DNA of 64,000 nt, from contig CM052818.1 of the NCBI GenBank assembly GCA_028534125.1, forward strand, positions 11,100,001-11,164,000, read 5' to 3'. This document shows positions 1 to 12,340 of the stretch, in pieces. Under the pieces are notes generated by a model. The model was not told the DNA's origin and did no database searches. It saw only the letters and a list, made by a program, of their open reading frames with translations. This DNA comes from Lama glama. Taxonomy: Eukaryota. Every line of letters starts with the position of its first letter. The first letter of the stretch is position 1. Position numbers and translations under genes: made by a program.

Positions 1-979
1 TATTGCAATAAACACATTTGAAGAATATAGCTTGTCCACTCGTTGCCATAGAAGTAGAATTATTGAGTGAAGCAGAATTTTTTTTCATTTCTTCCTTTTT
101 GGTAACAATATTTCACAGTATATTTTGGTCCTAACCATGTAGAGGAGATTGGTTTGACAACCTTGCCTTTGCTGCATATTATTTGAATTTTTGAAGTTAC
201 ACTAAATGGAATTGAGTAAAACACATACAGTCCCTTGATAATTTAGAGTTGATGGTCCCAAAGCCAGAATTTATTGTTTCAAATCATGTTATTCAGAAGC
301 TTGATTCTTCTTCTTAATTTAGACAGCACATTGAGCAAAACCAAATCTTTTTCATCTTTAAGGTGCTTCCAGGACCTCAAGCTTACTGTTAAATCGCTGG
401 ATGCCAGTAATAATCTAAGACTCCAGGTGGAAGTGTAGAAGGTGTAGAAGATGTTTCTGAAGGTATATTGATTTATATTTTGACTTGTATTTAATATGAA
501 CTTATGATGTGACTTTTTCCCCCTTTCTGAGAGGAAACCAGAGGGTGCAAACTCCTTATTTGAAGGCTCTACTGAATCAAGATTTTACTCCAGAAAACGC
601 AATTTTTTTCCTTTCCCAGTTGGCATCTCAAAGACATTTCAAGTACCCATATTACCAGATATTAAGCACTTCAGTAAGAAATTATCTAAATATCCCCATT
701 TGCTCCTTAAAGACTTCTTGCAGGCTCTTTTCAGATTTGCCTGTGGAGTGCATATCTTCCTGCGCACATCACTGACTTTACTCAGGTAGTAGAAACACCT
801 CTGTGTGATTCCAGTGCTCTCAGCACATGGCAGATAAGAACTCCAGCTCATTACAGTATCATGGTACATTTTTTTCGAGGAAGTAACTTCTAGAAAAAGA
901 AAAGGCTAAAGGTCTAATTAGAGATTAGAAATTTTTATGTAAATATCAATAAGGAGTAAAAAATAGGTGAATGATTTTG

Positions 980-1260
980 CATATTAATAACACTGAAACA
1001 AACACCCTTGAACATTTCTCCTTACAGTCAAGAACATTTCTCTAAGGTAGATACATAGAAGTGACATTACTGGGTGGTGGGAAATGGTTATCTCCAGTGT
1101 CTCTCATCTTTGCCAAATTTCTCTCAAAATGGTTTTAATCATTTTCTTATGTTGTCAAGATCCTTGGTGTTATTAGACTGCAGCTTTTGTCTAAGAGTTT
1201 TAAAATAGCATCTCCTTGTTGTTTTAATTTGCACCCACTAATCACTACTGGAAGGGAACT
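980..1260 (-). mobile_element. Old LINE-1 (L1M/L1ME-type) ORF2 3' fragment
   Basis: Degenerate antisense L1 motifs, e.g. 'catttctctaaggtagatacatagaagtgacattactggg' and 'atctccttgttgttttaatttgca'. Confidence 0.6.
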
Positions 1261-1759
1261 TTTCCCCCCTATCTGTTCAGTGGTGAATAGGGCTTCCCTT
1301 TTCATTCTAGCCTCATAATTTTCAGAGAAATGAAATGACCTTGACTCAGTCTCCAAGGCCCTCCTCAAGAAACCTAAAAAAGCCTTGGGCCCTCTCTTCT
1401 CAGAATGTGGTACTCAAAGGAATCACTTCTCTAGGGTTGCAAGCCAAACAGTTTAGAGCCAACTGTCATGTAACAGCAAGCCAAGTCCACCAACCTGTCC
1501 TTCCACCAACGTGGCCACACTCCCTTAGGTTCTGGATGACATTTCTGTCTTGAAGACAACTCTGGAGTATTTTAATCTATTACCATGTTGTATCTTAGTT
1601 ATTATTTAGTACTTTATCCAACATTAGTTGAGGCTCAGGTAAGATTCTGAATAGGATGAAGAGGGATGGTTACCTAGAATAAAGTGAAAGACATTAATTT
1701 TAACTAGATGATAAGCACCTTAGGATATAATTGTGTCTGACAGTAATAGTAACAGGGTA

Positions 1760-1890
1760 ATAGTATTTTGGTAATGTCTATAGTATATTAGGCACTATGC
1801 TTAACATTTTTATGTACAATATTTCATTTATCTTCACAAAAATACAGTGAGGTAGACATGATCTTCATTTAACAGATGAGGAAACTGAAT
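1760..1890 (-). mobile_element. MIR SINE fragment
   Basis: MIR core 'acagatgaggaaactga' at 1872-1888, preceded by 'ggcactatgcttaac...tttcatttatcttcac'. Confidence 0.8.
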
Positions 1891-1904
1891 GTTTAAATTC
1901 ACAG

Positions 1905-2773
1905 AAGAGTTCCATAAAAAGAGGATAAAACTCAATTTTTAAAAATGGAGAAAAGATTTGAATAGGTGCGTTACTAAAAAGATACGGGTGGCAAATAAGC
2001 TCATGCGAAGATGCTCAATATTATTAGTCATTACTGAAAAGCAAATATAAACCATAATTAAATGCCATTACACATCTATTAGAATGACTTAAATTAAAAT
2101 GACTGTTGATGCCCAGTGCAGACAAGAATGTGAATCAACTAAAAGTCTCATACATTGTGGTGGGAAAACAATATGGTACCATTGCTTTGAAAACTCTTCG
2201 GCAGTTTCTTTTGAAGTTAAACACACACTTACATATGACCCAGCAATGCCACTCTTAGATGTTTATGCAAGAGAAATGAAAATATATGCCCACATGATGG
2301 ACAATACCTGTACACAAATATCTGTAGTGGCTTTATCCAAAATCATCAAAACTGGAAACAGTTCAAAAATCCATCAACTGATGAATACGTAACAAATGGA
2401 ATCCCACTCAGCAATAAAAGATAGGAACTACTCATACATGAAACAAGGATGAATCTTAAAAGCATTATGCTAAGTGAAAGAAGCCAAAGTCAAAGGGTTA
2501 TAATTTGTATGATTCCACTTATGTGCCATTTTGGAAAAGGCAAAACTAGAGGGACAAAAATTAGATTGTTAGTAGGTATGGGGATCAAAATAGGACACTG
2601 ACTACAAAGGATCAACAGGGAAATTTCTGGGAAGACAGAAATGTTCTTTACATGAATTATGATGATGGCTATATGCCAGGACACATTTGTCAAAACTCAT
2701 CAAACTGTACCCTTAAAAAGGGTGAATTTTACTCTATATAAATCCTATTTTAATAAACTCTGACTTTTAAAAA
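1905..2773 (+). mobile_element. LINE-1 (L1MC/MD/ME-type) ORF2 C-terminus and 3'UTR
   Basis: ORF 2099-2392 contains 'TYDPAMPLLDVYAREMKIY', typical of the L1 ORF2 tail. Also 'gctaagtgaaagaagcca' and a terminal aataaa with A-rich end. Confidence 0.9.
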
Positions 2774-2804
2774 TGTTCCTGTGGGATAGTGCTTTTAATT
2801 ATTT

Positions 2805-2875
2805 TAATCTGGGTATTCCCAGCATCTTAGACTAGGGCCTGCCACATAGTAGGCATTTAATAAATTAATATCAAA
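2805..2875 (+). mobile_element. L2/MIR 3' tail
   Basis: 'gcctgccacatagtaggcatttaataaat'. Confidence 0.6.
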
Positions 2876-3337
2876 TTAATTAAAAAGAAAAAGGATGCCT
2901 TGACCATGAATAATAACATATTTTGTCTACTTCCCTGTTTTCTTTAGAATAGTCCAGCCATGCTCTCTCACGCCTGGCACCATTTCTGTAAGCTCACACT
3001 TATGCAAGTGATATTTCTGTGAAGCCGACCCATGAGTAATTTCTGAGTAGGTATTAAAACACCCTCACGTCTACAAGTCTAATATATTAATAAATGTGCT
3101 GTTTTCAATGAGACATCTAAATTTGCATGCACCATCCTACTTGTTATGTTCAGTACTCAATTTTTTAATGTTTCTTGGACACTAGCCAGTAAGTCTGAGT
3201 CCCTAGTTAGTTCATCTATTACTTTCTCACCACAATAGATTTGGGCCTCCGCCAAGAAATGGACTAATACTGCATACAAAACTCTATAATGCATTTCCTG
3301 ATCTTCTGATATTTCCTTTCTGAGTAAGAGGGGGGAA

Positions 3338-3369
3338 TACACACCCGCACACACACATACACACACACA
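3338..3369. repeat. Imperfect (CA)n microsatellite
   Basis: Seen directly. Confidence 0.85.
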
Positions 3370-4429
3370 AATCCTATCTATACACACGATCTATCCAAGT
3401 TAGGTAAACATTTTTTATTGCCATTATTAACATCGGATGCCTTCTATAATCCAAATGTTTGCCTGTCCATTTGCATGATCCTCTCACCCTGAGGACTGGA
3501 GGGGAACAATGAGTTGTAAAATCTGATGATGATCAAAGCTGATGCCTCTATGTGGGGGGAAAAAAAAGCCAGGATTGTAGGAGCCCTCATTTCCACAGGA
3601 AAAGCACATTTTCTGCATTCAACTTGGCACATTCTCGGTGTCTTAATTTCAGTGATTCCAAAATGAGATGCTCTTGAAGATGGGAAAGGTTCTGTGGTGA
3701 AGAGGGGGCCTTTTCCTCCCCCACCTTCATTTCCCTTAAAACATAAGTACAGAACTAATAGAACTAATGAATGCTATTAAAGATACTTATTGAAATGATT
3801 CTGATTTGTATCTGATGACTAACTAACCTATTATTGCACTTCTTGGGCAGAGATTAATGGGAAATTCTTGACGAATAAAGACTCTAACAAGCCTTAGAAA
3901 TATGTGTGGGCCCAGACTGTACCACGTGACCTCAGAAAACTGAACCCTGGCTGTTAATATCCTTGACTAATGAACCAAGGCTACAGTCCGTGCTAGCAAA
4001 GTGTCAAGAAATAAGTAACCAGAGAGGTGACCTTTTAACATGCTTCTAAATGTAATTTTTAACAGAACAGTGTCAATAAGTTCAAATTCCCATATGCTTT
4101 TGATCTGATATGGAAGTGTGATGCATCAATATCAGACAGCAAAGGGAGGAAAGAAGAAAGCTGGAGAAAAAGGATAAAAAAAGGATCTAAAAGAATAATC
4201 TACTTTATGACACTAAACACCTTTCCTTCACGAAGGTAAAACTGTAAGAAATCCTGGTTCTCTCTTTCATCATTATCACCACCATGAGTATATAATTAAT
4301 AATAATAATTGCAGAATAGTACTATTAATTCCCTTAAGAACTGTTGTCATTGCTTAGACTTGAAATAGGTTGGATGACCTGCCATCAATGCCTCTCCCCT
4401 TTCCAGCTCTCGAATTTTCCATTTCCAGC

Positions 4430-4995
4430 TTGAGTGGCTCACGGAACTCAGGAGAAAAGTTCACTTACTAGATTTTGGGTTTATTATAAAATGGTATAAC
4501 TCAGGAATAGCGAGATGAAGGATGCACAAAGCAAGGCATGAGGGAAGGGGCATGGAGTGTCCGTGTCATCTCCAAGCGGGCCACTCTCCCAGCGTCTCCA
4601 TGTTCACCAACCTGGAAGCTCTCTGAACCCTGACCTTTTGGGGTTTCATGGAGGCTTCATCACATAGGCATGATTTATTAAATAATTGGCCATCAGTGAT
4701 TGAACTCAATCTCCAGCCCCTCTCCTCTCCTTGGAGATCAGGAGGGTGGGGCTCAAAGTTCCAACCCTCTAATCATGTGGTTGGTTCCTCTGGCAACTGA
4801 CCCAGATTTAGGTCCTCCCCAAAGTCATTACATTAACATAAATTCAGGTGTGGTTGAAAGGGGGTTGTTATGAATATCAAAAGACGCCTTTATCCTTCTT
4901 ATCAGTGAGGAAATTTGAAGGATTTTAGGAGCTCCGTGCCAGAAAAGGAGAAAAAGACCAAATGTGTATATCTTATTGTAAGTCCCAATGTCACA
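4430..4995 (-). mobile_element. MER21-family LTR (ERVL), partial solo LTR
   Basis: Reverse complement begins 'tgtgacattgggacttacaataagatatacacatttggtc...ggcacggagctcctaaaatcctt', matching the recalled MER21 5' end. Confidence 0.85.
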
Positions 4996-4999
4996 GATG

Positions 5000-5390
5000 G
5001 AGGGAGCACAGGATGTGAGCCTGGAGAAGCAGGATAGAGCGATATAGTAATATGCCCTGCATGCAGAGCTCCGCAACCTGGGCTTAGTGGTGCAGGCAGT
5101 GGGGAGTTGCTGAGGGACTGCAGGCAGGAGATACCCTGGTTGCACTTGTAGGGCAGTGCCTTCTAACAGGATGCGGTCTGGCGACAGCAAAGTGGTCAGG
5201 GGCTGCTGCAAAGATTCTCTGCATACCTGAACTAGCATGGGGCAGCCAGAAAGCGAAACTACAAGATTTGAGAGAAGTTTTCTAGGATGACATTGACATA
5301 CTTGGTAACCCGTTGGGTTGTCAACTTGGAGAGGGGTGAGCAGTAAGGAAAACAAAACAGGGAACCCAGGAGAAGAAGGAGATTTAGGAC
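5000..5390 (-). mobile_element. L2 LINE fragment
   Basis: Colinear with antisense L2 ('gagcctggagaagcagg...ggcagtggggagttgctgaggg...gatttgagagaagttt...acttggtaac'). Confidence 0.65.
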
Positions 5391-6329
5391 ATTAGGAAGC
5401 CCAACTATCTGAATTTTCTCACTACGTTTTAACTTTTTTTACTCCATCTGGTTCTTCCTCCTTTTTTAGAAGTCTTGAAGATTGAGGGATTTCTCCAGAT
5501 TCTTGAATTTTACTTAGAGAAATCCTTCACCAGGCATGAAAAAAGTAAAATAACCTGTCTCTCTTGGAGAACTGAAAAAGTTCTTTTCGTTTGGAATATT
5601 TAAAACATGGCATGATTGTTAGGAGGTGAGGAAAGGGAGATAGGTGGAAAGGAGGGGAGCAAAACACAACCCAGAGCTTCATGAAAAGTGAGAGGAGAGG
5701 AATCCTCAGAGCCCTCCATGGGAGGCGGAAGGCGGCGACTTTTATCCCTCTGTGTTGAATTCCACCGTGTCTGTGTCTTTGGGAGTTTGCAGTCAGAGCT
5801 CAACCTGGGGCCATTCTGGGTGGGCACGTCTAGCCTGAGGCAGAAGCCAGTCCTACTGGACATACTGAAACAAATTTTTAAAATCATAAGGGAGAAATCG
5901 GATTTGAGGGAGTCTGTTTGACAAGACCTGGAGCTCCTGTAAATGAATTTTCTTAAATCAAGAGGCGGGGTCGGGGGTGGGGGGTAGGGGCAGGAGAGAA
6001 TATTTCCTTTCTGTCCTTAACAAACCAGTAAACAAATCATTACAGAAAAGACTCAGATACTTCTCACCCATCCTTTTTAAAGTGTTAGCTGATAAGAGCT
6101 AATGCAGTTAAGGACTACCAACTTTGAGTGCTACTTTTTAGTTTAAATGAATAAATTCTCAATGACAAAGGATCCTTCAAGGTCCAAAGGAATCTCCCTT
6201 TTAGAGCAGGGATTCAAGACTAAACAATTTTCAGCATCATCCTTACTGTCTTCAGTTATCTTAACTAGCAATCACTGAGTCGTACAATTTGCAGCCATGT
6301 TGCCTGCTTTGCAAGAATTAAGTCCGGAC

Positions 6330-6545
6330 TATTGTGTCCCCATTACTGACGAAGAAACTGAGTTTTAGAGTTTATGGTAAACTTGGTCAACATCTCACAG
6401 TGGGAGACATGTTTTGAGAAGCTATGAGCAACCAAGGACTGGGCCAGAAGCTTTCAAACCTCTCAGATTGATTTTATTTTCCCCATTTTACACTAATGCT
6501 CCAGGGGCTCGGTAACTTGCCCAGGGTCACCCTGTTTGTAATGTA
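6330..6545 (-). mobile_element. Two short MIR fragments
   Basis: 'ccccattactgacgaagaaactgag' and 'ggtaacttgcccagggtcac'. Confidence 0.6.
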
Positions 6546-6749
6546 AATGCCTAATTGTCCTTAATTTTAACCAGATACAATTTCTTCCAAGGTACCCGGA
6601 GTGTGGGAGGCCCATTCACAGTAGATGCTTCTTTATTTTCTTCCCTGTGAGTTCAGAAAGGGAGTGAAAACTAGATATGTCCTGGTGTATCCTCTTGATC
6701 AAAAATTAATTGTTGAAATCTCATTACTTTTGCCAGCAAATGGTCTAAA

Positions 6750-7113
6750 GATGGGTGTACGACTGACTCACTTCTGGCCTACAAGATAAGAGTTGGAAGC
6801 CTGCTGAGGAGGGCAAGACTCCTGAAATGAAAACACAAAGCTTCAAAAGGATGAGACCTTTGCCAGTCTTCTGTCTGGAAAGCAGAGGTAAGGCTTGGAG
6901 CAGTAGCAGCCATCTTATGATCATAAAATAACAACCATAGGATATGAGTCCCAAAGCCGATAGACGGAAGATGACGGAGCACAAACACACACAGTGCCTG
7001 TGCCCATTATGACATTTTTCAGTCACTGCACTAAGACTACTTAGATCTGCTGCTAGGTTCTGTGTGCTTGCCTGTTTGGTTATTTGCAGCTGAATACTTT
7101 TCCAACTGAGGCA
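6750..7113 (+). mobile_element. MLT1-family MaLR LTR (MLT1J/K-like)
   Basis: 'ggagcagtagcagccatcttatgatcat' and MaLR-like 3' end 'gttatttgcagctgaatacttttccaactgaggca'. Confidence 0.75.
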
Positions 7114-7434
7114 CTGAGCTCCTGGGCTTGTCTGTGTCTGTGGAATACAGCAAAGTTGTAGCCACCAAATGCAACTCATCATGTAGGACTTGCCTGGATT
7201 AATCAACAATTTCCAGCCTTTTCTCTTGGAATCCTTCCTTGTTTAGAATAATAGAATAGTAAGAAGCCGCACCCCTGGTAATACCTAACTGCCAGTACGT
7301 TCTAAGGGAAACGGAAAACGAAAGTAAGCTGCCACCAGGAATCCCTGGCCAGATACTACATACCTACTCAGTGTTTAGATTAGTCTGCAGCAACATTATG
7401 ACAAAAAGAATTAATTACACGCATTACCTTTAGC

Positions 7435-7640
7435 TGAGTATCTACCCTGTACTCCATGCAATGCTTAGCACTTTGTATTCACTATCTGATTTGAATATCA
7501 CTTTAGGTGGTTGTTATATTGATCACTATTTTAAAAGCGAAGAAATAAAGCTTGAAAGCGATAGCTCGTTCAACCACATGTCCAGTGGGAAACTGGCACG
7601 GTCAAGATTTGAATTCAGGTCTTTCTTACCACAAAGGTAT
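7435..7640 (-). mobile_element. MIR SINE
   Basis: 'gcttagcactttgtattcactatctgattt...gatttgaattcaggtctttct'. Confidence 0.7.
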
Positions 7641-8899
7641 TGGTCTTTAAAACCAAACAATTGGATGAAATGACTGAAACCACATGAAGTGAAATCAAAT
7701 GAAATTCAAATGAAATGAATGAATCCAGTGGTTGGCTATCTCATTTATTTACTGGTTACCTGCAAAAACCATGAACACCATTGAAAACCAAGTTCATCAA
7801 AGCCACCTGGTTGTTCAACTAATGTACCATTAACATGTCCACTGTGTACATTTGCAACCCTGGAATCCAAGGGACCACACTTCCTTTTGAGATCCTTCTC
7901 TTCCCTGGGTCTAGTGGAGTTGACTTCAGCTCAAAGAACCATTTCTCTTCTGCCTAGAGGATGTAAAATTGACCAGGAGACACTCCCTGTCTGCAGACTG
8001 TTTTCAGTCTGGCATTCAAAACAAACGTGCATAGGTATAGTGCCCAGCACTTTGGAGATAATCAGTAAATGGTGCAAGAGTAAACAAATAACTGGAATAA
8101 ATGAATAAGTGGACAGCAGCTGGCTGACTGGACTTTCGGTTTTATTATCAGTAGTTGACGCTCACTGTGTTGTCACTCTTGAGGCTTGGGTAAGTGTCTC
8201 ACTGCTAAAACAAGCTATTTCCCCCTCAATTTGACTCTATTACTGCAAAAAATTATCTCACTGAGAGAAAACACTTTCCTGTTCAAGAGCATGGTGTTGG
8301 TTGTCTCACTGACGTCTCTGCCTCATGCGCCTAAAACACGTGGATGGCAGCAGAAGCATCAGTGCATTGTGTTGTCACTTGGTTGTCATTCCAAAAGCAT
8401 CATCAGGCTGTTGACCCTTGCAGTTAATGCTTTCAGGGAAAATATACACTAAGCACTTGAAAAACTACCTTGTGGGGTGATCTAATTGTTAGTTAGATAA
8501 CTGAAAATACCAGTAAAGGAATAAAGATATTTATGATGTGTATTTGACTTTGAATTTCTATTTGAAAATGTACAGGTAAAAAATATAACCAGTGAATCCT
8601 TTGGAGATAAAGGATTTCATCATTGCTATTTATTGCTACATGTGCATAAGAAAGCATGCTCCAGCAGAGATATTTTATTTTCTCTTTCCTTGTTACATTA
8701 ATGTTTGATTATATATCCATCTGAGTGAGGCGGTGGAAGTTGGAAGCAGGGGAAAGAGCATGCATATACACATTTTCAAAGGTGGCTTATTTGTGAATTG
8801 ATTTCACTACACAAGCATTTGCTAAATAACCCCCGTCCCCGAGACAAGGCAATGGAATAGTAACTAAAATTCTGGTCTCGCATTCCCAACTGCCTATCG

Positions 8900-9150
8900 A
8901 ACACATTTCAGACACTGCTCTTTTAACAGGCCCCATACTCAGCTACATTTCATTTCTAATTCCTAACCCCAAACCTCTGCTCTTAGTCTTAGTCTCAGTT
9001 AACCTCAACGGCATTCACCATGTCTCTCAATTTAAAAAATTCTTGGAATTATGTTTGATACCTTGTCTGTTATCCAATATATCAAGTCCCTAAGTTTATG
9101 GATATAGATATAACCCTTTATACATTTTTCAAAATTCCACTCCTCCATCC
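8900..9150 (+). mobile_element. L2 LINE fragment
   Basis: Colinear with L2 ('ccccaaacctctgctc...tctcagttaa...ggaattatgtttgatacc...tccaatatatcaagtcc'). Confidence 0.6.
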
Positions 9151-9159
9151 TAGACTCTT

Positions 9160-9385
9160 GAGAGGCAATGTGACATTGAGGTTAAAAGTTTATAGTCTAG
9201 ATATAAATGTGGATTCAAAGTCTGTCTGGCCCTACACATCAATAGCTGTGTGTCCTTCAGAAAACCACTTAACCTCACTGAGCTGGTGTCTTCATTTGTA
9301 AAATAGGGATAACAATGGAATCTACTTTGTAGGCCTGTTATCTTAGGTAGAGCTTGGTACGTGGTAATATTCTCAAACGCACAAC
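9160..9385 (+). mobile_element. MIR SINE
   Basis: 'agctgtgtgtccttcagaaaaccacttaacctcactgagc...catttgtaaaatagggataacaat'. Confidence 0.85.
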
Positions 9386-9423
9386 ATTATTCCCAGCAGT
9401 AGCAGGAAGAGGAGGGTCAGTGG

Positions 9424-9790
9424 TGTACCAGTTAGGATAAATGAAAATTTACTGTCTCGTACAATAGGAAGAATATGGATTAATTAAATCAACAGTTCAA
9501 CAGTTTCACAGAGAGCCCAGGTTCTTTCTTTCTGCTCTCCCACATGGTCAGATGTTTTGCAGAATCACATCTGAGCATGGAAATGTCACGTGGAAGGAGC
9601 TGTCCAGCCCACTACCTCTTTATAAAAGGGAAGAAATGTTTTTCAAAAGCTCCCAGCAAAATTATCTTCACATCCCATTGCTCAGACCATGTCACATGGC
9701 ACACCCTTAGCCAGTCACTAGCAAATTTAGTGGATTTTCCACAAATGCTTTAGACTAATCAGGATTTATTCCTGAATTGGGGGTGAGGGT
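9424..9790 (-). mobile_element. MLT1-family MaLR LTR
   Basis: Starts 'tgtaccagttaggata' (antisense LTR end). Contains 'aagctcccagcaaa...tcacatcccattgctcagaccatgtcacatggcacacccttagcc'. Confidence 0.75.
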
Positions 9791-10120
9791 GCCTCACTGA
9801 GAAGTGGATGCACCAACATGACTGGAATTCCATTCCAGGTGAAGGGATTAGAGCTGGGCTGTGGGACAGGAAACTGTAACTGTAGATGAATTTTAAGTTG
9901 CTACAAATATGTTTCAGGAAAGAATAGCTTACATATACTTTTCTAGTTTTTGCCATACTTAATTTCCTAACATGAGATTGGTAGGATACTTGCTAGTGGA
10001 TGTTGGCAATCTGAAGACACGTGGGACTCACTGTGGTACACGTTTTCCATTTTTATTAATGACTACAGATTTAAGACTATAGTAGTTACTAATTTCTTGA
10101 GGCCATATTAATTTATGAAG

Positions 10121-10142
10121 ATATATATATATATATATATAT
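10121..10142. repeat. (AT)n microsatellite
   Basis: Seen directly. Confidence 0.95.
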
Positions 10143-12182
10143 TTCAGTTACTAGACCACAGAAATATATACCTTCAAATATTAATGTTAAAATTTTGATG
10201 CTCTCTGAATGAGAAAACAACCCCTGAGTGGATAATTTGGTAACTTTAATAGAGCTTATTGAGCTTTTTAAAGACAGTTCCTATTTCTTAATACTATTTG
10301 ATGATTAATGATACATTGATTGAGAATTAACAGCTATCTTGTTTCTACAATTCATTTAAAGGGCTGTTAAGCCTCAAGCTATGATTTAAAAATATTATCT
10401 AGGCTCAGTTTAGCATTCATTACATTAAACATCTCAGCCAATGGCAGTGCAGAAAAGTAAACACCATTTCATCAGCAAAAGACGGAAATGCTAATTGACA
10501 GCTGGCAGAGTCCAATCAGATTTCTCTGCATACAACTAACAGGCTACTTTTGTAGCATCTGTTACATTTTGCTGATCGACCCTGCTTTCTTCATTTACTC
10601 TTCTGGAAAAGAGAACAGAAGTGATAGCATATGAACCTGCAAAATAAAAGAAAAAATAAATGCCCAGGTATATGAGGTCTTAGTTTGTGAGAAACAAAGA
10701 CCATGGTTATTTTTGCTATTTATCCTAAAGTCTTTGAGGGAGAAGTGTGAAATTTAGTCAGGTGTAGGGATCTGAATTTGGATGCTATGATACCAGATAC
10801 TCAGATTTTAACAAATACAACTGATGTGGATAGAGAAATCAGAATACTTTGTATGGAAAAAGTTACTACAAAATCCAGGCTCTATTATTTTGCATTTATG
10901 TAGGGGGCTGTGTAGGAATTTAGAAATCTCATCCAAATATTCTTTTTTTTAAGGGCCGAAATATTCTTTTTTCCCCCCTCCCTTTAATCTCCAATTAGTT
11001 CTCCTGATCATCGGAAATGCTCACCTAGTAGAAAGCACAGGTGAGGAAAATGGTTTTTTAGATCTGAAATTTCCTTTCTTCCACACCCATCCAATTTCTC
11101 TAGTTAGTCACAACCTTTCCACCCTACCCCGCCCCTCTCCCTGACCCCCACACTCATAGAAAAAGTAGCAAAGGAAAGGAGAGAGAAGAGAAGAAAGAAC
11201 TAGAGGGAAAGGGAAAAGACCAGCCATTTAATATGTTTGCCTACGTGGCATTCTACCTTTGAACCTTCCAAATGCAACTTCATACATTGTCTTTTGACAT
11301 TATGCAGTTTGGAATCCTGAAAGTTCTCAGTTTAGACAACTAAATTATTGCTTGTCAATTTAGCTTGGGATGAAAGACAGGTGTTTTGTTTCACAGTAAA
11401 ACTCCATTTAGAGCTTACACTGGCTCTAAATCCAATCCCAGTGTCTTGTTGGGGGCTGGCATTGAAGTGTATCACAGTAGGAATTATCAGTCGGGGTCCC
11501 AGCAGTCAATCCACCTTGGTTCCTCTGGATGGGCACGCCTAACGCTGTTTAAAAGCAATTGAGATAAAGACTCTTTCGAGCTCCAAGGGTCATAGCTTGT
11601 ACTGATATTCCACTACCATTTTGCCTCCAACAAAGGACTAAGCTAAGCAAAGCTGAAAATTTCTGTTAGAAACCAATGCAATTCTTTATGGTTTTTTGGT
11701 AAATATTCGCTAGGATGGTGTTTTAATGTATTGAACAGTTGTCTATTTTCCTATTTCCATTTCAGAGAAACGGTATAGTGGATCGTTCCTTAACAGGAAA
11801 TTTTTCATAAAAACATAAGCATTTGATACTCTGAGGTGCTTAATGTAAAAGGCCTAGTAAAGTGGCTAAAATGATCTCATTACAAGTTGAAAGATAAAAG
11901 CTTCTTCATTTCTCCACACTCCTCCACTCTGCTGTGGTTTTCAGCATTTCTAGTCATCTATTCTAATCTATGCAAAAATCAAAAAGAGTCACTCATACCT
12001 ATTACCAGGGTATAAGAGAACTCTCAGCAAGTCTAAGGAAACTGAGTCATAGTTCTAGGAAAGTTCTGCATTTTTTGCCCTCTACAGTAGAAAGTGATCA
12101 GTGGGGCTTCAGTTAACATGGGTAGGACTAGTGTATACATAGGTCTGGTAATACTTACTAATTCAATATACTTTTAAAGTAA

Positions 12183-12340
12183 TGAAGGTTTTAAGGTGAA
12201 AGAAGCCTTAGTTCAGTGTCTATCCCAACTCCACCACCAGTTTAAAGATGCTTGTTAAGTAACCTAAGATCAACGATCAAAGTAGTTCATGACAGAGACA
12301 GGGTTAGAGCCAGGTATTCTGATCAGAAAACCGGTTTTCA
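12183..12340 (-). mobile_element. MIR3-like SINE
   Basis: 'gaaagaagccttag...gttaagtaacctaagatcaac...gacagagacagggttagagccaggtattctga'. Confidence 0.6.

Noticed and set aside
363..462. Plus-strand exon-like segment (ctttaag|GTG...GAAG|gtatat) with an 'LDASNNL' LRR-like word
   Set aside because: Stops in all three frames, weak donor, and no partner exons
4828..5355. Longest ORF (175 aa)
   Set aside because: Spans the L2/MER21 junction, so it is a chance ORF in repeats
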